DNA of 64,000 bases, from positions 62,001 through 126,000 of the forward strand of contig NW_026948143.1 of assembly GCF_963921235.1 (NCBI RefSeq), read 5' to 3'. Below, piece after piece: positions 24,354 through 37,437 of the stretch. Both the position numbers and the translations under genes were made by a program. Every line of letters starts with the position of its first letter. Positions within the stretch are counted from its first letter, which is position 1. Source of the stretch: Mobula hypostoma. Lineage: Eukaryota. The notes beneath the pieces were generated by a model. It was not told the origin of the DNA and did not search any database. It worked only from the letters and a program-made list of their open reading frames with translations.

Positions 24354-25483
24354 CTAGCGGAAGTTAGAGAAGTCAATGTTCATGCCATCAGGTTGGAGGC
24401 TACCCAGACGGAATATAAGGTGTTGTTCCTCCAACCTGAGTGTGGCTTCATCTTTACAGTAGAGGAGGCCGTGGATAGACATGTCAGAATGGGAGTGGGA
24501 TGTGGAATTAAAATGTGTGGCCACTGGGAGATCCTGCTTTCTCTGGCGGACAGAGCGTAGATGTTCAGCAAAGCGGTCTCCCAGTCTGCGTCGGGTCTCA
24601 CCAATATATAAAAGGCCACATCGGGAGCACCGGACGCAGTATATCACCCCAGTCGACTCACAGGTGAAGTGATGCCTCACCTGGAAGGACTGTTTGGGGC
24701 CCTGAATAGTGGTAAGGGAGGAAGTGTAAGGGCATGTGTAGCACTTGTTCCGCTTACACGGATAAGTGCCAGCAGGGAGATCAGTGGGGAGGGATGGGGG
24801 GGACGAATGGACAAGGGAGTTGTGTAGGGAGCGATCCCTGCGGAATGCAGAGAGAGGCGGGGAGGGAAAGATATGCTTAGTGGTGGGATCCCGTTGGAGG
24901 TGGCGGAAGTTACGGAGAATAATATGTTGGACCTGGAGGCTGGTGGGGTGGTAGGTGAGGACCAGGGGAACCCTATTCCTAGTGGGGTGGTGGGAGGATG
25001 GAGTGAGAGCAGATGTACGTGAAATGGGGGAGATGCGTTTAAGAGCAGAGTTGATAGTGGAGGAAGGGAAGCCCCTTTCTTTAAAAAATGAAGACATCTC
25101 CCTCGTCCTAGAATGAAAAGTCTCATCCTGAGAGCAGATGCGGCGGAGACGGAGGAATTGCGAGAAGGGGATGGCGTTTTTGCAAGAGACAGGGTGAGAA
25201 GAGGAATAGTCCAGATAGTTGTGAGAGTCAGTAGGCTTATAGTAGACATCAGTGGATAAGCTGTCTCCAGAGACAGAGACAGAAAGATCTAGAAAGGGGA
25301 GGGAGGTGTCAGAAATGGACCAGGTAAACTTGAGGGCAGGGTGAAAGTTGGAGGCAAAGTTAATAAAGTCAACGAGTTCTGCATGCGTGCAGGAAGCAGC
25401 GCCAATGCAGTCGTCGATGTAGCGAAGGAAAAGTGGGGGACAGATACCAGAATAGGCACGGAACATAGATTGTTCCACAAACA
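24354..25483 (-). pseudogene. 5'-truncated PLE polyprotein (RT palm/thumb with YIDD, Cys linker, GIY-YIG endonuclease), frame still open
   Basis: LFLRYIDDCIG, LPFLDLSV, TDVYYKPTDSH, GVIYCVRCSRCGLLYIGETRRRLGDRFAEH, GMN. Confidence 0.92.
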
Positions 25484-27111
25484 ATATATTCCAAATAAGA
25501 AGATGTTTTTGAATGGAAGAAGGACACTACCATGGCTGACAAGTGAAGTTCAAATTTTCAAAGGTCCAGTTTAATGTCAGAGCCAAAGTAAAAACAAAGG
25601 AGAAGGCATACAAGGAAGCAAAAGCTACTGGGAAGATAGAGGGTTGGGAAGCTGTTAAAAACTTGCAGAAGAACACTAAGAAAGTTATTAAGAAGGAAAA
25701 GATGAATTATGAATGGAAGCTGGTGACTAATATCAAAGAAGATACTAAAAGCTTTTTTAAAGGGTAAAAGAGAGTCAAGGGTAGATATAGGACCAATAGA
25801 AAATGACGCTGGAGATATTGTAATGAGAGACGCAGAGATGGCAGAGAAACTGAATGTGTATTTTGCATCAGTCTTCACAGTGGAAGACATCTTCAGTATA
25901 CCGGACATTCAAGAGTGTCAGGGAAGTGAAGTATGTGCAGTGAAAATTACGACTGAGAAGATGCTCAGGAAGCTTACTGGTCAAAGAGTGGATAAATCTC
26001 CTGGACGTGATGGAATGCACCCTTGGGTTCCGAAGGAAGTAGCTGGAGAGATTGAGGAGGCATTAACATTGATGTTTCAAGAATCAGTGTATTGTTCCGG
26101 ATGACTGGAAAATTGCAAATGTTAGTCTGCTATTTAAGAAGGGTGGGAGGCAGAAGAAAGGAAACTATAGACCTGTTAGCCTGATATCAGTGGTTGGGAA
26201 GTTGTTGGAATTGATAGTTAGGGATGAGATCACAGAATACCTGGTGGCATATGACAAGATAGACCAAAGCCAGCATGGTTTCCTGAAAGGAAAATCCTGC
26301 CTGACTAACCTACTGCAATTCTTTGAGGAAATCACAAGTAGGGTAAGCAAAGGAAATGCAGTAGATATGGTATACTTGGATTTTCAGAAGGCCTTTGACA
26401 AGGTGCCACACAGGAGGCTGCTTAGCAAGATAAGAACCCATGGAACTACAGGGATGTTACTAGCATGGGTGGAGCATTGGCTGGTCAGCAGAAAACAGAG
26501 AGTGGGAATAAAGCAATCCTATTCTGGCTGGCTGCCGGTTACCAGTGGAGTTCCACAGGGGTCAGTGTTGGGATCGCTGCTTTTTACGATGTATGTCAAT
26601 GATTTGGCCTATGGGATTAATGGATTTGTGGCTAAATTTGCCACAAAGATAGGTGGAGTAATGGGTAGTGTTGAGGAAACAGAGAGCCTGCAGAAAGACT
26701 TTAGATAGTTTAGCGGAATGGGCAAAGAAGTGGCAAATGAAATACAGTGTTGGAAAGTGAATGGTCATGCACTTTGGTGAAAGAAATAAATGGGCAGACT
26801 ATTATTTAGATGGGGAGAGAATTCAAAATGCAGAGATGCAAAGAGATTTGGAATCCTTGTGCAGGATACCCTAAAGGTTAACCTCCAGGTTGAGTCAATT
26901 GTGAAGAAGGCAAATGCAATGTTGGCATTCATTTCTAGAGGTATAGAATATAAGAGCAGGGATGTGATGTTGAGGCTCTATAAGGCACTCGTGAAACCAT
27001 ACTTGGAGTATTGTGTGCAGTTTTGGGCTCCTTATTTTAGAAAGGATATCCTGACATTGAAGAGGGTTCAGAGAATATTCACGAGAATGATTCCAGGAAT
27101 GAAAGAGTTAT

Positions 27112-29903
27112 CATAGAAACATAGAAAATAGGTGCAGGAGTAGGCCATTTGGCCCTTCGAGCCTGCACCGCCATTCAGTATGATCATGGCTGATCATCCA
27201 ACTCAGAACCCTGTACCAGCTTTCCCTCCATACCCACTGATCCCTTTAGCCACAAGGGCCATATCTAACTCCCTCTTAAATATAGCCAATGAACTGGCCT
27301 CAACTGTTTCCTGTGGCAGAGAATTCCACAGATTCACCACTCTCTATGTGAAGAAGTTTTTCTTAATCTCAGTCCTAAAAGGCTTCCCCTTTATCCTCAA
27401 ACTGTGACCCCTCGTTCTGGACTTCCTCAACATCGGGAACAATCTTCCTGCATCTAGCCTGTACAATCCCTTTAGGATTTTATACGTTTCAATAAGATCC
27501 CCCCTCAGTCTTCTAAATTCCAGTGAGTATAAGCCTAGTCGATCCAGTCTTTCATCATATGAAAGTCCTGCCATCCCAGAAATGAATCTGGTGAACCTTC
27601 TTTGTACTCCCTCTATGGCAAGGATGTCTTTCCTCAGATGAGGGGACCAAAACTGCACACAATACTCCAGGTGTGGTCTCACCAAGGCCTTGTACAACTG
27701 CAATACTACCTCCCTGCTCCTGTACTCGAATCCTCTTGCTATAAATGCCAGCATACCATTCGCCTTTTTCACCGCCTGCTGTACCTGCATGCCCACTTTC
27801 AATGACTGGTGTATAATGATACCCAGGTCTCGTTGCACCTCCCCTTTTCCTAATCGGCCACCATTCAAATAATAATCTGTTTTCCTGTTTTTGCCACCAA
27901 AGTGGATAACCTCACATTTATCCACATTAAATTCCATCTGCCACGAATTTGCCCACTCACCTAACCTATCCAAGTCGCCTGCATCCTCTTAGCATCCTCC
28001 TCACAGCTAACGCTGCCGCCCAGATTCGTGTCATCCGCAAACTTGGAGATGCTGCATTTAATTCTCTCATCTAAGTCATTAATATATATTGTAAACAACT
28101 GGGGTCCCAGCACTGAGCCTTGCGGTACCCCACTAGTCACTGCCTGCCATTCTGAAAAGGTCCCGTTTATTCCCACCCTTTGCTTCCTGTCTGCCAACCA
28201 ATTCTCTATCCACATCAATACCTTACCCCCAATACCATGTGCTTTAAGTTTGCACACTAATCTCCTGTGTGGAACCTTGTCCAAAGCCTTTTGAAAATCC
28301 AAATATACCACATCCACTGGTTATCCCCTATCTGCTCTACTAGTTACATCCTCCAAAAATTCTATGAGATTCGTCAGACATGATTTTCCTTTCACAAATC
28401 CATGCTGACTTTGTCTGATGATTTCACTGCTTTCCAAATGTGCTGTTATCACACTTTTGATAACTGACTCTAGCATTTTCCCCACTACCGATGTTGGGCT
28501 AACTGGTCTATAATTCCCCGGTTTCTCTCTTTCTCCTTTTTTAAACAGTGGGGTTACATTTCAGAATGGTATGCTGGCATTTATAGCGAGAGGATTCGAG
28601 TACAGGAGCAGGGAGGTACTACTGCAGTTGTACAAGGCCTTGGTGAGACCACACCTGGAGTATTGTGTGCAGTTTTGGTCCCCTAATCTGAGGAAAGACA
28701 TCCTTGCCATAGAGGGAGTACAAAGAAGGTTCACCAGATTGATTCCTGGGATGGCAGGACTTTCATATGATGAAAGACTGGATCGACTAGGCTTATACTC
28801 GTTGGAATTTAGAAGATTGAGGGGGATCTTATTGAAACGTATAAAATCTGAAAGGGATTGGACTGGCTAGATGCAGGAAGATTGTTCCCGATGTTGGGGA
28901 AGTCCAGAACGAGGGGTCACAGTTTGAGGATAAAGGGGAAGCCTTTTAGGACTGAGATTAGGAAAAACTTCTTCACACAGAGAGTGGTGAATCTGTGGAA
29001 TTCTCTGCCACAGGAAACAGTTGAGGCCAATTCATTGGCTATATTTAAGAGGGAGTTAGATATGGCCCTTGTGGCTACCGGGATCAGGGGGTATGGAGGG
29101 AAGGCTGGTGCAGGGTTCTGAGTTGGATGATCAGCCATGATCATAATAAATGGCGGTGCGGGCTCGAAGGGCCGAATGGCCTACTCCTGCACATATTTTC
29201 TATGTTTCTATGTTTCTATTAGCCACCCTCCAATCCTCAGGAACTAGTCCAGGATCTAAAGAGTTTTGAAAAATTATCACTAATGCATCCACTATTTCTT
29301 GGGCTACTTCCTTAAGCACTCTGGAATGCAGACCATCTGGCCCTGGGGATTTATCTGCCTTTAATCCCTTCAATTTACCTAACACCACTTCTGTACTAAT
29401 ATGTATTTTCCTCAGTTCCTCCATCTCACTGGACCCTCTGTCCCCTACTATTTCCGGAAGATTATTTATGTCCTCCTTAGTGAAGACAGAACTAAAGTAG
29501 TTATTCAATTGGTCTGCCATGTCCTTGGTCCCCATAATCAATTCACCTGTTTCTGTCTGTAGAGGACCTACATTTGTCTGAACCAATCTTTTTCTTTTCA
29601 CATATTTATAAAAGCTTTTACAGTCAGTTTTTAGGTTCCCTGCCAGTTTTCTCTCACAATCTTTTTCCCCTTTCCCAATTAAGCCCTTTGTCCTCCTCTG
29701 CTGGACTCTGAATTTCTCCCAGTCCTCAGCTGAGCCACTTTTTCGGGCTAATTTGTATGCTTCTTCTTTGGAATTGATACTATCCTGAATTTCCCTTGTC
29801 AGCCACGGGTGCACTGCCTTCCCTGATTTATTCTTTTTCCAAACTGGGATGAACAATTGTTGTAGTTCATCCATGCAATCTTTAAATGCTTGCCATTGCA
29901 TAT
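27112..29903 (-). mobile_element. CR1-B, 5'-truncated, split into 27112-28560 and 29221-29903
   Basis: LVPEDWRVAN|VTPLFKK joins across the insert; RT motifs [29 protein letters not shown]; (CTATGTTT)n tail. Confidence 0.93.
28561..29220 (+). mobile_element. CR1-B 3' fragment inserted antisense into another CR1-B
   Basis: MLAFIARGFEYRSREV... through the tail ttttctatgtttctatgtttctat. Confidence 0.93.
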
Positions 29904-30253
29904 GCACCTCTATCAGGTCACCTCTCATCCTCCATCGCTCCAAGGAGGAAAGGCCGAGTTCACTCAATGTATTCTCATAAGGCATGCTCCCCAATCCAGG
30001 CAACATCTTGTAAATCTCCCCTGCACCCTTTCTATAGTTCCCACATCTTTGCTGTAGTGAGGTGATCAGAACTGAGCACTAACCTCCATGCAGAATACGA
30101 CCCATCTACAAACACTCTTCACTTTTTGTGGGCAAGCCAATTCTGGATCCACAAAGCAATGTCCCCTTGGATCCCATGCCTCTTTACTTTCTCAATAAGC
30201 TTTTCTTTCGGTAACTTATCAAATGCCTTGCTGAAGTCCATATACACTGCATC

Positions 30254-30343
30254 AGCTGCTATATTTATGCTCTATTCTTAGTTGGTGCAGCTGTAACGAA
30301 ACTCAATTTCCCTCAGGATCAATAAAGTATGTCTATTTATCTA
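30254..30343 (+). mobile_element. Rex1/Babar-type 3' tail stub
   Basis: aatttccctcaggatcaataaagtatgtctatttatctatct, which resembles the tail of the element at 37438. Confidence 0.6.
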
Positions 30344-33300
30344 TCTACTGCTTTACCTTCATCAATGTGTTTAGTCACTTTCTCAAAAAATTCAATCAAG
30401 CTCGTAAGGCACGACCTGCCTTTCACAAAACCATGCTGACTATTCCTCTTCAAACGTTCATAAATCCTGCCTCTCAGGATCTTTTCCATCAACTTACCAA
30501 ACACTGAAGTAAGACTCACTGGTCTATAATTTCCTGGGCTATTTCTACTCCCTTTCTTGAATCAAAGAACAGCATCTGCAACCCTCCAATCCTCTGGATC
30601 CTCTCCTGTCCCCATTGCTGATGCAAAGATCATTGTCAGAGGCTCAGCAATCTCCTCCCTCACCTCCCACAGTAGCCTGGGGTGCATCTCATCTGGTTCC
30701 AGAGACTTATCCAACTTGATGCTTTCCAGAAGCTCCAGCACATCCTCTTTATTAATATCTATATGCTCAAGCTTTTCAATACGCTGTAAGTCATCCTTAC
30801 AATCGCCAAGATCTTTTTCTGTAGTGAATACTGAAGCAAAGTATTCATTAAGTACCTCTACTATCTCCGCCGGTTCCATACACATTTTTCCACAGCCACA
30901 CTTGATTGGTCCTATTCTATCATGTCTTATCCTCTTGCTCTTCACATACTGTCGAATGCCTTGGGGTTTTCCTTAATCCTGCTCGCCAAAGCCTTCTCAT
31001 GGCCCCTTCTGGCTCTCCTAATTTCATTCTTAAACTCCTTCCTGCTAGCCTTATAATCTTCTAGATTACTATCATTACCTAGTCTTTTGAACCTTTTCTA
31101 AGCTCTTTTCTTCTTGACTAAATTTTCAACAGCCTTTGTACACCATGGTTCCTGTACTCTACCATCCTTTCCCTGTCTTATTGGAATGTACCTACGCAGA
31201 ATGCCACGGAAATATCCCCTGAACATTTGCCACATTTCTTCTGTACATTTCCCTGAGAACATCTGTTCCCAATGTATGCTTCCAAGTTCCTGCCTGATAG
31301 CCTCATATTTCCCCTTACTCCAATTAAACACTTTCCTAACTTGTCTGTTCCTATCCCTCTCCAACTATGGTAAAGGAGATAGAATTGTGATCACTATCTC
31401 CAAAATGCTCTCCCACTGAGAGACCTGACACCTGACCAGATTTATTTCCCAATACCAGATCAAGTACAGCCTCTCCTCTTGTAGGCTTGTCTGCATACTG
31501 TGTCAGGAAACCTTCCTGAACACACCTAACAAACTCCACCCCATCTAAACCCCTCACACTAGGGAGATGCCAATCAATTTTGGGGAAATCTCCCATCAAG
31601 ACAACCCTGTTATTACTTCACCGTTCTAGAATCTGTCTCCCTATTTGAACCCCGATGTCCCTGTTACTATTGGGTGGTCTTCCTCTTTCTAACTTCCACC
31701 CACAGAGACTCCGTAGACAAACCCTCCATGACTTTCTCCTTTTCTGCAGCCGTGACACTATCTCTGATCAGCAGTGCCACTCTCCCATCTCTTTTTCCTC
31801 CCTCTCTGTCCTTTCTGAAACATCTAAAGCCTGGCACTCTAGCCATTGCCGGCCCTGAGCCACCTAAGTCTCAATAATGGCCATAACATCATAACTCCAA
31901 GAACTGATCCACACTCTGCTTTATTAATGATGCTTCTTACATTAAAATAGACACAGCTCAAATCATCAGCCTGAGCACATCCCTTCCCTCTCATCTGCCT
32001 ATCCTTCTTCTCACACTGCCTAGAAGCTTTTTCTATTTGTGAGCCAGCCAATCCTTCCTCCATCTCTTCAGTTCAGTTCCCACCCCCCAAAGAGGTCCCA
32101 ATGATCCAGTTCAATTCTAACTCTGTCAAACTCTGTCCATTTGCCTTAGCAAACCTCCTTGACAGGATATTGGTCCCCTTTGGATTCAAGCGCAACCCAT
32201 CCTTTTTGTACAGGTCACACCTGCCTCAAAAGAGGACACAATGATCTAGAAATCTGAATCCCTGCCCCCTGCACCAATCCCTCAGCCACGCACTTATCAA
32301 CCAATTCACAATTCCTATACTCACTGTCGCGTGGCATAGGCAGTTATCCTGAGATTACTACCTTTGAGGTCCTGCTTCTCAACTTCTTTCCTCACTCCCT
32401 GTAGTATGTTTTCAGGACCTCATCCCTTTTCCTACCTATGTCGTTGGTACCAATTCAATTCAATAACAACACATCCTTTCTGAGATATGGGGCCCAAAAC
32501 TGTTGACAATATTCCAAGTGCAGCCTGACTAGTGTTTTATAAAACCTCAGCATTACCTCCTTGCTTTTATATTCTATTTCCCTTGAAATAAATGGCAACA
32601 TTGCATTTGACTTCTTTACCACAGACTCAAACTGTCAATTAACTTTTTGGGAGTCGTGTACGAGAACTCTGAAGTCCCTCTGCACCTCTGATGTTTGAAC
32701 CTTCTCCCCATTTAGATAATACTCCGCACTATGTTCCTTTTACCAAAATGCATTATCATATATTTCCCAAAATTGTATTCCATTTGCCACTTTTTTTGCC
32801 CATTCTTCCAATTAGTTTAAGTCCTGCTGCAATCACATTGCTTCCTCAGCAGTACCTATCCCTCCGCCTATCTTTGTATCATCTGCAAACTTTGCCTCAA
32901 AGCTATCAATTCCATTATCTACAAACGTTTGTAAATCATTGACAAACAATGGAAAAAGTAGCCATCCTGATACTGACCCCTGAGGAATACCACTAGTCAC
33001 CGGCAGCCAACCAGAAAAGCCCACTTTTATACCCATTCACTGCCTCCTGCCTGTCAGCCATTCCTCTATCCAAGCCAGTATCTTTCCTGAAATGCCACAG
33101 GATTTTATCTTGTTAAGCAGCCTCATGTGTGACACCTTATCAAACACCTTCTGAAAATCCAAGTAAATGACATCCACTGCCTCTCCTTTGTCAACCCTGC
33201 TTGCTACTTCCTCAAAGAACTCTAACAGATTTGTCAGGCAAGATTTCCCTTTACAGAAACCATGCTGAATTTGACTTATTTTATCATTAATCTACAAGTA

Positions 33301-34877
33301 CTCCGAAACATCATCCTTAATAATAGACTCCAACACTTAATCCATCTAGTCCAAGTGAGTTCACCACCATAAGGCCTTTTAGTTTGCCTTCCACTTTTTC
33401 CTTTGTAATAGTAATGGCACTCACATCTGCTCCATGACACTCATAGACCTCCGGCACACTGCTAGTGTCTTCCACAGTGAAGACTGATGCAAAGTACCCA
33501 TTAAGTTCATCTGCCATTACTTTGTTTTCCAGTGGTCCAGAATCAATTCTCACCTCCCTTTTACTCATTATATAACTGAAAAAAAACGTTTTGGTATCCT
33601 GCTTTATATTATTGGCTAGTCTGCCCTCGTCTTTTCCCTTCTTATAGCTTTTTAGTTGCCTTTTGTTGAACTTTAACAGTTTTCCAATTATCCAACTTCC
33701 CACTCACTTTTGCTACCTTATATGTCCTTTCCTTGGCTTTTATGCAGTGCTTAACTTCCCTTGTCAGCCACGGTTGCCTACACCTGCCATTTCAGAATGA
33801 CTTCTTCTGTGGGACATGTCTATCCTGCGCCTTGTGAACTATTCCCAGAAACTTCAGTCACCTCTGCTCTGCTGTCATTCCCGCCAGTATCTCCCTCCAA
33901 CCCACCTGGGCAAGCTTTTCTCTCATGCCTCTGTAATTCCCTTTATGCCATTGCAATACTGATACATGTGAGTTATGCTTTTCCCTCTCAAATTGCAGTA
34001 TGAATTCAATCATATTATGATTGCTGTCTCTTATGGGTTCCTTTACGTTAAGCTCCCTAATAAGATTTGGGTTATTACACAACACCCAATCTAAGATAGC
34101 TTTCCCCGAGTGGGGTCGAACACAAGCTGCTCTAAAAAGCCATCTCATAAGTCATTCAACAAATTCACTCTCTTGCAATCCGCCACCAACCTGATTTTCT
34201 CAATCTCCTTGCATATTGAAGTACCCCATTACAATTGTGTCATTACCCTTATTACATGCCTTTTCCAGCTCCCTTTGCAATCGTAACCCCACATCTTAGA
34301 TACTATTTGGAGGCCTATATATGATTTCCATCATGGATTTTTAACTCTTGCAATTTCTTACCTCCACCCACAAAGATTCAACATTCTCTGTCCCTGTGTC
34401 TCCTCTTTCTAAAGATGTGATTCTATCTCCTACGAGCAGAGCCACACCATCGCCTATGCCTTCCTGCCTCTCCTTTCGATACAAAGTATAGCCTTTTGAT
34501 GTTAAGCTCCCAACTATGGCCATCTTTCAGCCACGACTCAGTGATGCCCGCAACGTCAGACTGACCAATCTCTAAATGTGCCATGAGTTCATCCACCTTA
34601 TTCCAATTTCTATGTGTATTTAAATACAGCACCTTCAGTCCTGCATTCTTCACCCTTATGAATTTTGCCTCTGTGGTACAATTTAACTCTTTGCTCTGTC
34701 TGCATTTGTACCTAATGATTGACTTGTCCTTTTCAACATTTATGTTACACCCATCATCTACTTGTAAACCTGCTGGCTCATCCTCAGCTCTGTCATATTG
34801 GTTTGCATCCCCCTGCCGTATTAGTTTAAACCACACCTAACGGCTCTAGTCATGCGACCCATCCTATTGTAGAGGTG

Positions 34878-35037
34878 ATGCTTCAGGAAGGAGTGGGAAC
34901 AGTCCTGGGAAGATCGCTACAGGAAGGAATGTGGACAGTCCCAGAGAGCCATGCTTCAGGAAAGAATGGGAACAATCCTGGAGAGCTTCACTTCAGGAAG
35001 GAATGGGAAAAGTCCTGGAGAGCCACACTTCAGGAAG
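34878..35037. repeat. 37-bp minisatellite, ~4.3 copies, right half of the 7124-7381 array
   Basis: Same unit and same orientation as the left half. Confidence 0.9.
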
Positions 35038-35510
35038 GTGTGCTTGGTCATAGAGGGGAATGAGTGTGACAGCTAAGGATTAAACTAGCAGAAGAGATCT
35101 GACAAATAATTTCATTTTCATGACGTTTGAAATGTCAAGGGTGTCACACAAAGTGTTGGGAAATTTCCACTGCACCAGTGGCTCCATTCAATTCCATGGA
35201 GAATACTGGATAACAAACAAACTCATCTGAGCGTTTCTTTTTAATGCTACTCGTTTGGCAAAGTTATCCATTTATTTTTTTGGTTCCCTTTGAACCTGTT
35301 CCAATTCAGAAAATAAAACCAGAGATGTAGAACACTTTCATTTAGCACCAATCAGTAATACTGCAGATTCAAAAACTTTCAGTCACACCCAAGTCTCATG
35401 TTCCAGTTACAAGTTCATTTTCTCAGATCAGGTTTGCCTGTTAAATAGGTAACAAACAATGAAACAATATTGTTGTGGGAGGTGTGAATGAACTCCTGTT
35501 AAACAGGTAA

Positions 35511-36327
35511 ACATAGAACATAGAATAGTACAGCACAGTACAGGCCCTTCAGCCCACAATGTCTCCCATATAACCCCCACCTTAAATTCCTCCATATACC
35601 TGTCTAGTAGTCTCTTAAACTTCATTAGTGTATCTGCCTCCACCACTGACTCAGGTAGTGCATTCCACGCACCAACCACTCTCTGAGTAAAAAACCTTCC
35701 TCTAATATCCCCCTTCAACTTCCCACCCCTTACCTTAAAGCCATGTCCTCTTGTATTGAGCATTGGTGACCTGGGGAAGAGGCGCTGGCTATCCACTCTA
35801 TCTATTCCTCTTAATATCTTGTATACCTCTATCATGTCTCCTCTTATCCTTCTTCTCTCCAAAGAATAAAGCCCTAGCTCCCTTAATCTCTGATCATAAT
35901 CCATACTCTCTAAACCAGGCAGCATCCTGGTAAATCTCCTCTGTACCCTTTCCAATGCTTCCACATCCTTCCTATAGTGAGGCGACCAGAACTGGACACA
36001 GTACTCCAAGTGTGGCCTAACCAGAGTTTTATAGATCTGCATCATTACCTCGCAACTCTTAAACTCTATCCCTCAACTTATGAAAGCTAACACCCCATAA
36101 GCTTTCTTAACTACCCTATCTACCTGTGAGGCAACTTTCAGGGATCTGTGGACATGTACCCACAGATCCTTCTGCTCCTCCACACTACCAAGTATCCTGC
36201 CATTTACTTTGTACTCTGCCTTGGAGTTTGTCCTTCCAAAGTGTACCACCTCACACTTCTCCAGGTTGAACTTCATCTGCCACTTCTCAGCTCACTTCTG
36301 CATCCTATCAATGTCTCACTGCAATCT
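35511..36327 (-). mobile_element. 5'-truncated CR1 3' fragment with a 4-bp TSD (GTAA)
   Basis: LVRPHLEYCVQFWSPHYRKD...; (CATAGAA)n tail; gtaa at 35507-35510 and 36328-36331. Confidence 0.92.
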
Positions 36328-36747
36328 GTAAGATAAATAAATGAAGCAATATTGTTGTGGGAGGTGTGAATGAACCCCTGTTAAACAGGTAGCATAAATG
36401 CATGAAGTTACCTGAGTAAAATTGTTATAGAGTCATAGAAAAGTGCAGCACAGATTCCCTTTATTTACAATGGAATAAAGTGCCATAGGCTTTCTTTATG
36501 ACCAGCACCATGGTCCTGAAGGAACATTGTTTCGTTTATACTGTGTACTGTACCAGCAGTTTATGATTGAAATGACAATAAAAAGCGACTCGACTTGACT
36601 TTCAATGGATTATGGACCTGTATTCTCAGATCTCTTTGTTCTACTGCACTCCTCAGTGCCCTACCATTTACTTGTAAGATCTACTCTCGTTGGTGCTACC
36701 AAAGTGCAACACCTCACACTTATCTGCATTAAATTCCATCTGCCATT

Positions 36748-36748
<1 letters not shown>

Positions 36749-36786
<38 letters not shown>

Positions 36787-36895
36787 GGATTTAGAATGTA
36801 TGTCTAGTGCACATTCTGGAGCAGAGGGTGGCGGTAATGTACCATTAAGCTGGATGCCAACCACAGTAAAACAAGATACAGACAGACAGACAGAT
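36749..36895 (+). repeat. (GT)n microsatellite followed by a short LINE 3' stub (possibly I/Nimb-like) ending in (CAGA)n
   Basis: About 18 GT units at 36749-36784, then gagggtggcggtaatgtaccattaagctggatgccaacc. The family guess is from recall only. Confidence 0.5.
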
Positions 36896-37437
36896 TTTTC
36901 CAGCTGATCCAAATCCCATTGCAAGTTCTAACAGTCTTCCTTGCTGTCCACCATGCCCCCAATAATGGTGTTATCTGCAAAATTGCTGATACAGTTAACC
37001 ATATTATCATCCGGATCATTGACGTAGATAGTCATAGTGAAGTATAGCACTGAAAAAGCCCCTTCAGCCCATCTAGTCCATGCCAAAACCATTTAAAATG
37101 CCTACTCCCATCGACCTGCACTGGGACCATAGCCCTCCATGCCCGTACTATCTATGTATCTATTCACACCTCTGAAATGTTGAAATCGAGCTTGCATGCA
37201 CTTGTGCTGGCAGCTCATTCCACACTCTCATGATCCTCGTGTAGAAGTTTCCCCTCACTTTCCCCATAAACTTCTCACCTTTCACCCTTAACGCATGACC
37301 TCTGGTTGTAGTCCCACCCATCCTCAGTGGAAAAAGACTGTTTGCATTTACCCTATGGATCTCCCTCATAAATACAAACAGCTTCAGACCCAGCACTGAT
37401 CCCTGCAGCACTCCACTAGTCACAGGCCTCCAGTCAA

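Larger units (their letters stand above)
23927..25483 (-). mobile_element. Penelope-like element copy 2, 5'-truncated, young
   Basis: Perfect 18-bp TSD ATATATTCCAAATAAGAA at 23909-23926 and 25484-25501; uninterrupted ORF; pyrimidine-rich 3' UTR; terminal hammerhead motif. Confidence 0.96.
18123..27113 (+). mobile_element. CR1-C split into 18123-18542, 23729-23926 and 25502-27113; 3' end missing
   Basis: EN (IVGDFNMKVDW, GNGNHNM|EFTLKVEKEK) and RT ([37 protein letters not shown]). Junctions are collinear. Confidence 0.88.
18010..32456 (-). mobile_element. CR1-A copy in pieces: 18010-18122 and ~29904-32456, with internal deletions
   Basis: Same family motifs on the minus strand (LESIKLDKSLEPDEMHPRLLW; EN and ORF1 SGNH end at 31100-32456). 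Linking the 18010 piece to the rest is an inference. Confidence 0.75.
7382..34860 (-). mobile_element. CR1-D, a single ~2.9 kb copy split into 7382-7560 (3' tail), ~10443-10738 and ~32461-34860 (RT/EN/ORF1 end)
   Basis: The pieces are collinear when joined: cttaagtata|cccactgac and ...ctctccccagtgac|aacacatcctttctgag (LRKDVLL|.RVQWRF). The (CCATAAGA)n tail is at 7382. Confidence 0.8.

Noticed and set aside
24354..25484. Bacterial retron, group II intron, or RT-nuclease defence system
   Set aside because: RT + Cys linker + GIY-YIG with a TSD is the standard Penelope-like element architecture.
28561..29220. Twin-priming inversion of one CR1
   Set aside because: The segment has its own 3' tail and duplicates sequence already present in the host copy, so it is an independent insertion.
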